From positions 46,438,001 to 46,502,000 of the forward strand of contig NC_042999.1 in assembly GCF_006345805.1 (NCBI RefSeq): a stretch of DNA of 64,000 nt, read 5' to 3'. Below the pieces are notes generated by a model, which saw nothing but the letters and a program-made list of their open reading frames with translations, ran no database searches and was not told the DNA's origin. Shown here piece after piece: positions 63,502-64,000 of the stretch. This stretch comes from Octopus sinensis. Its lineage: Eukaryota. Numbering within the stretch: the stretch's first letter is position 1; the number at the start of each line of letters is the position of its first letter. Made by a program: the position numbers and the translations under genes.

Positions 63502-64000
63502 TATATATGTTTGTATATATGTGTGTGTATGTGTGTGCGAGTGTGTGGCATTGTAAAACTAAATTGGATTCGATCCTTCGTGGAAGTAGTTTTACAATCC
63601 TACTTCATCAACGTTTTCCATAGAGCAGAAGCAGAACGAACGACTTCTAATATATGCAGAAGAAAGAAATGGTTTTTCATAAAAATATATTTTTTCGTTG
63701 CATGCTTAATTCCAAAATTCCCATCGAGTTTTTCAGTGAAGAAAAAGTCTTAATAATTTTATATTAGTTGCGAAAATTCACCAAAAATCAATTGAATCAT
63801 ATTTTGAAACGACAAAATAAAATTGACGGAACGAATATTTCGTTTTAATATTTTCGCTTTCCACAAAGTCTGTTTCTATGCGGATTAAATATTAATATAA
63901 ACCCAAAAGCTAACCAGCTATCTGTGTCAATTTTGTTTTGTTGAATGAGATATATTCATCGTTACATACACAAATTCGATACTATGAAAGCTGATTGCTT

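Overview
AT-rich, microsatellite-saturated animal genomic DNA, most likely an octopus or related coleoid cephalopod (inferred from repeat types and composition; not verified). The window holds the middle of one + strand gene, inturned (INTU). Eight phase-compatible GT-AG exons (184-237, 2603-2662, 7523-7744, 33794-33942, 38603-38733, 41859-41971, 51201-51301, 51861-52041) splice into a stop-free 337-codon frame covering Longin domain 2, a linker and the start of Longin domain 3; the gene is open at both ends. Most of these exons are missing from the supplied ORF track. The rest is intron filled with mobile DNA: two young 5'-truncated Tx1/L1-clade LINEs each flanked by (TATC)n, four SINE families, non-autonomous Helitrons, Penelope-like elements with inverted pseudo-LTRs and hammerhead-ribozyme motifs, CR1-, RTE- and R4-like remnants, mariner/Tc1 remnants and MITEs. 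Three signals stand out. (1) A SINE whose 3' tail matches the Tx1 3' end and whose copies repeatedly abut GGTA, including nested insertions at the same site in its own family. (2) Apparent (TATC)n targeting by the Tx1 LINE. (3) A near-canonical type I hammerhead on the INTU sense strand, locked inside a perfect 63-bp hairpin. Most track ORFs are microsatellite artefacts, and many LINE frameshifts may be long-read consensus errors. All alignments were made by eye.
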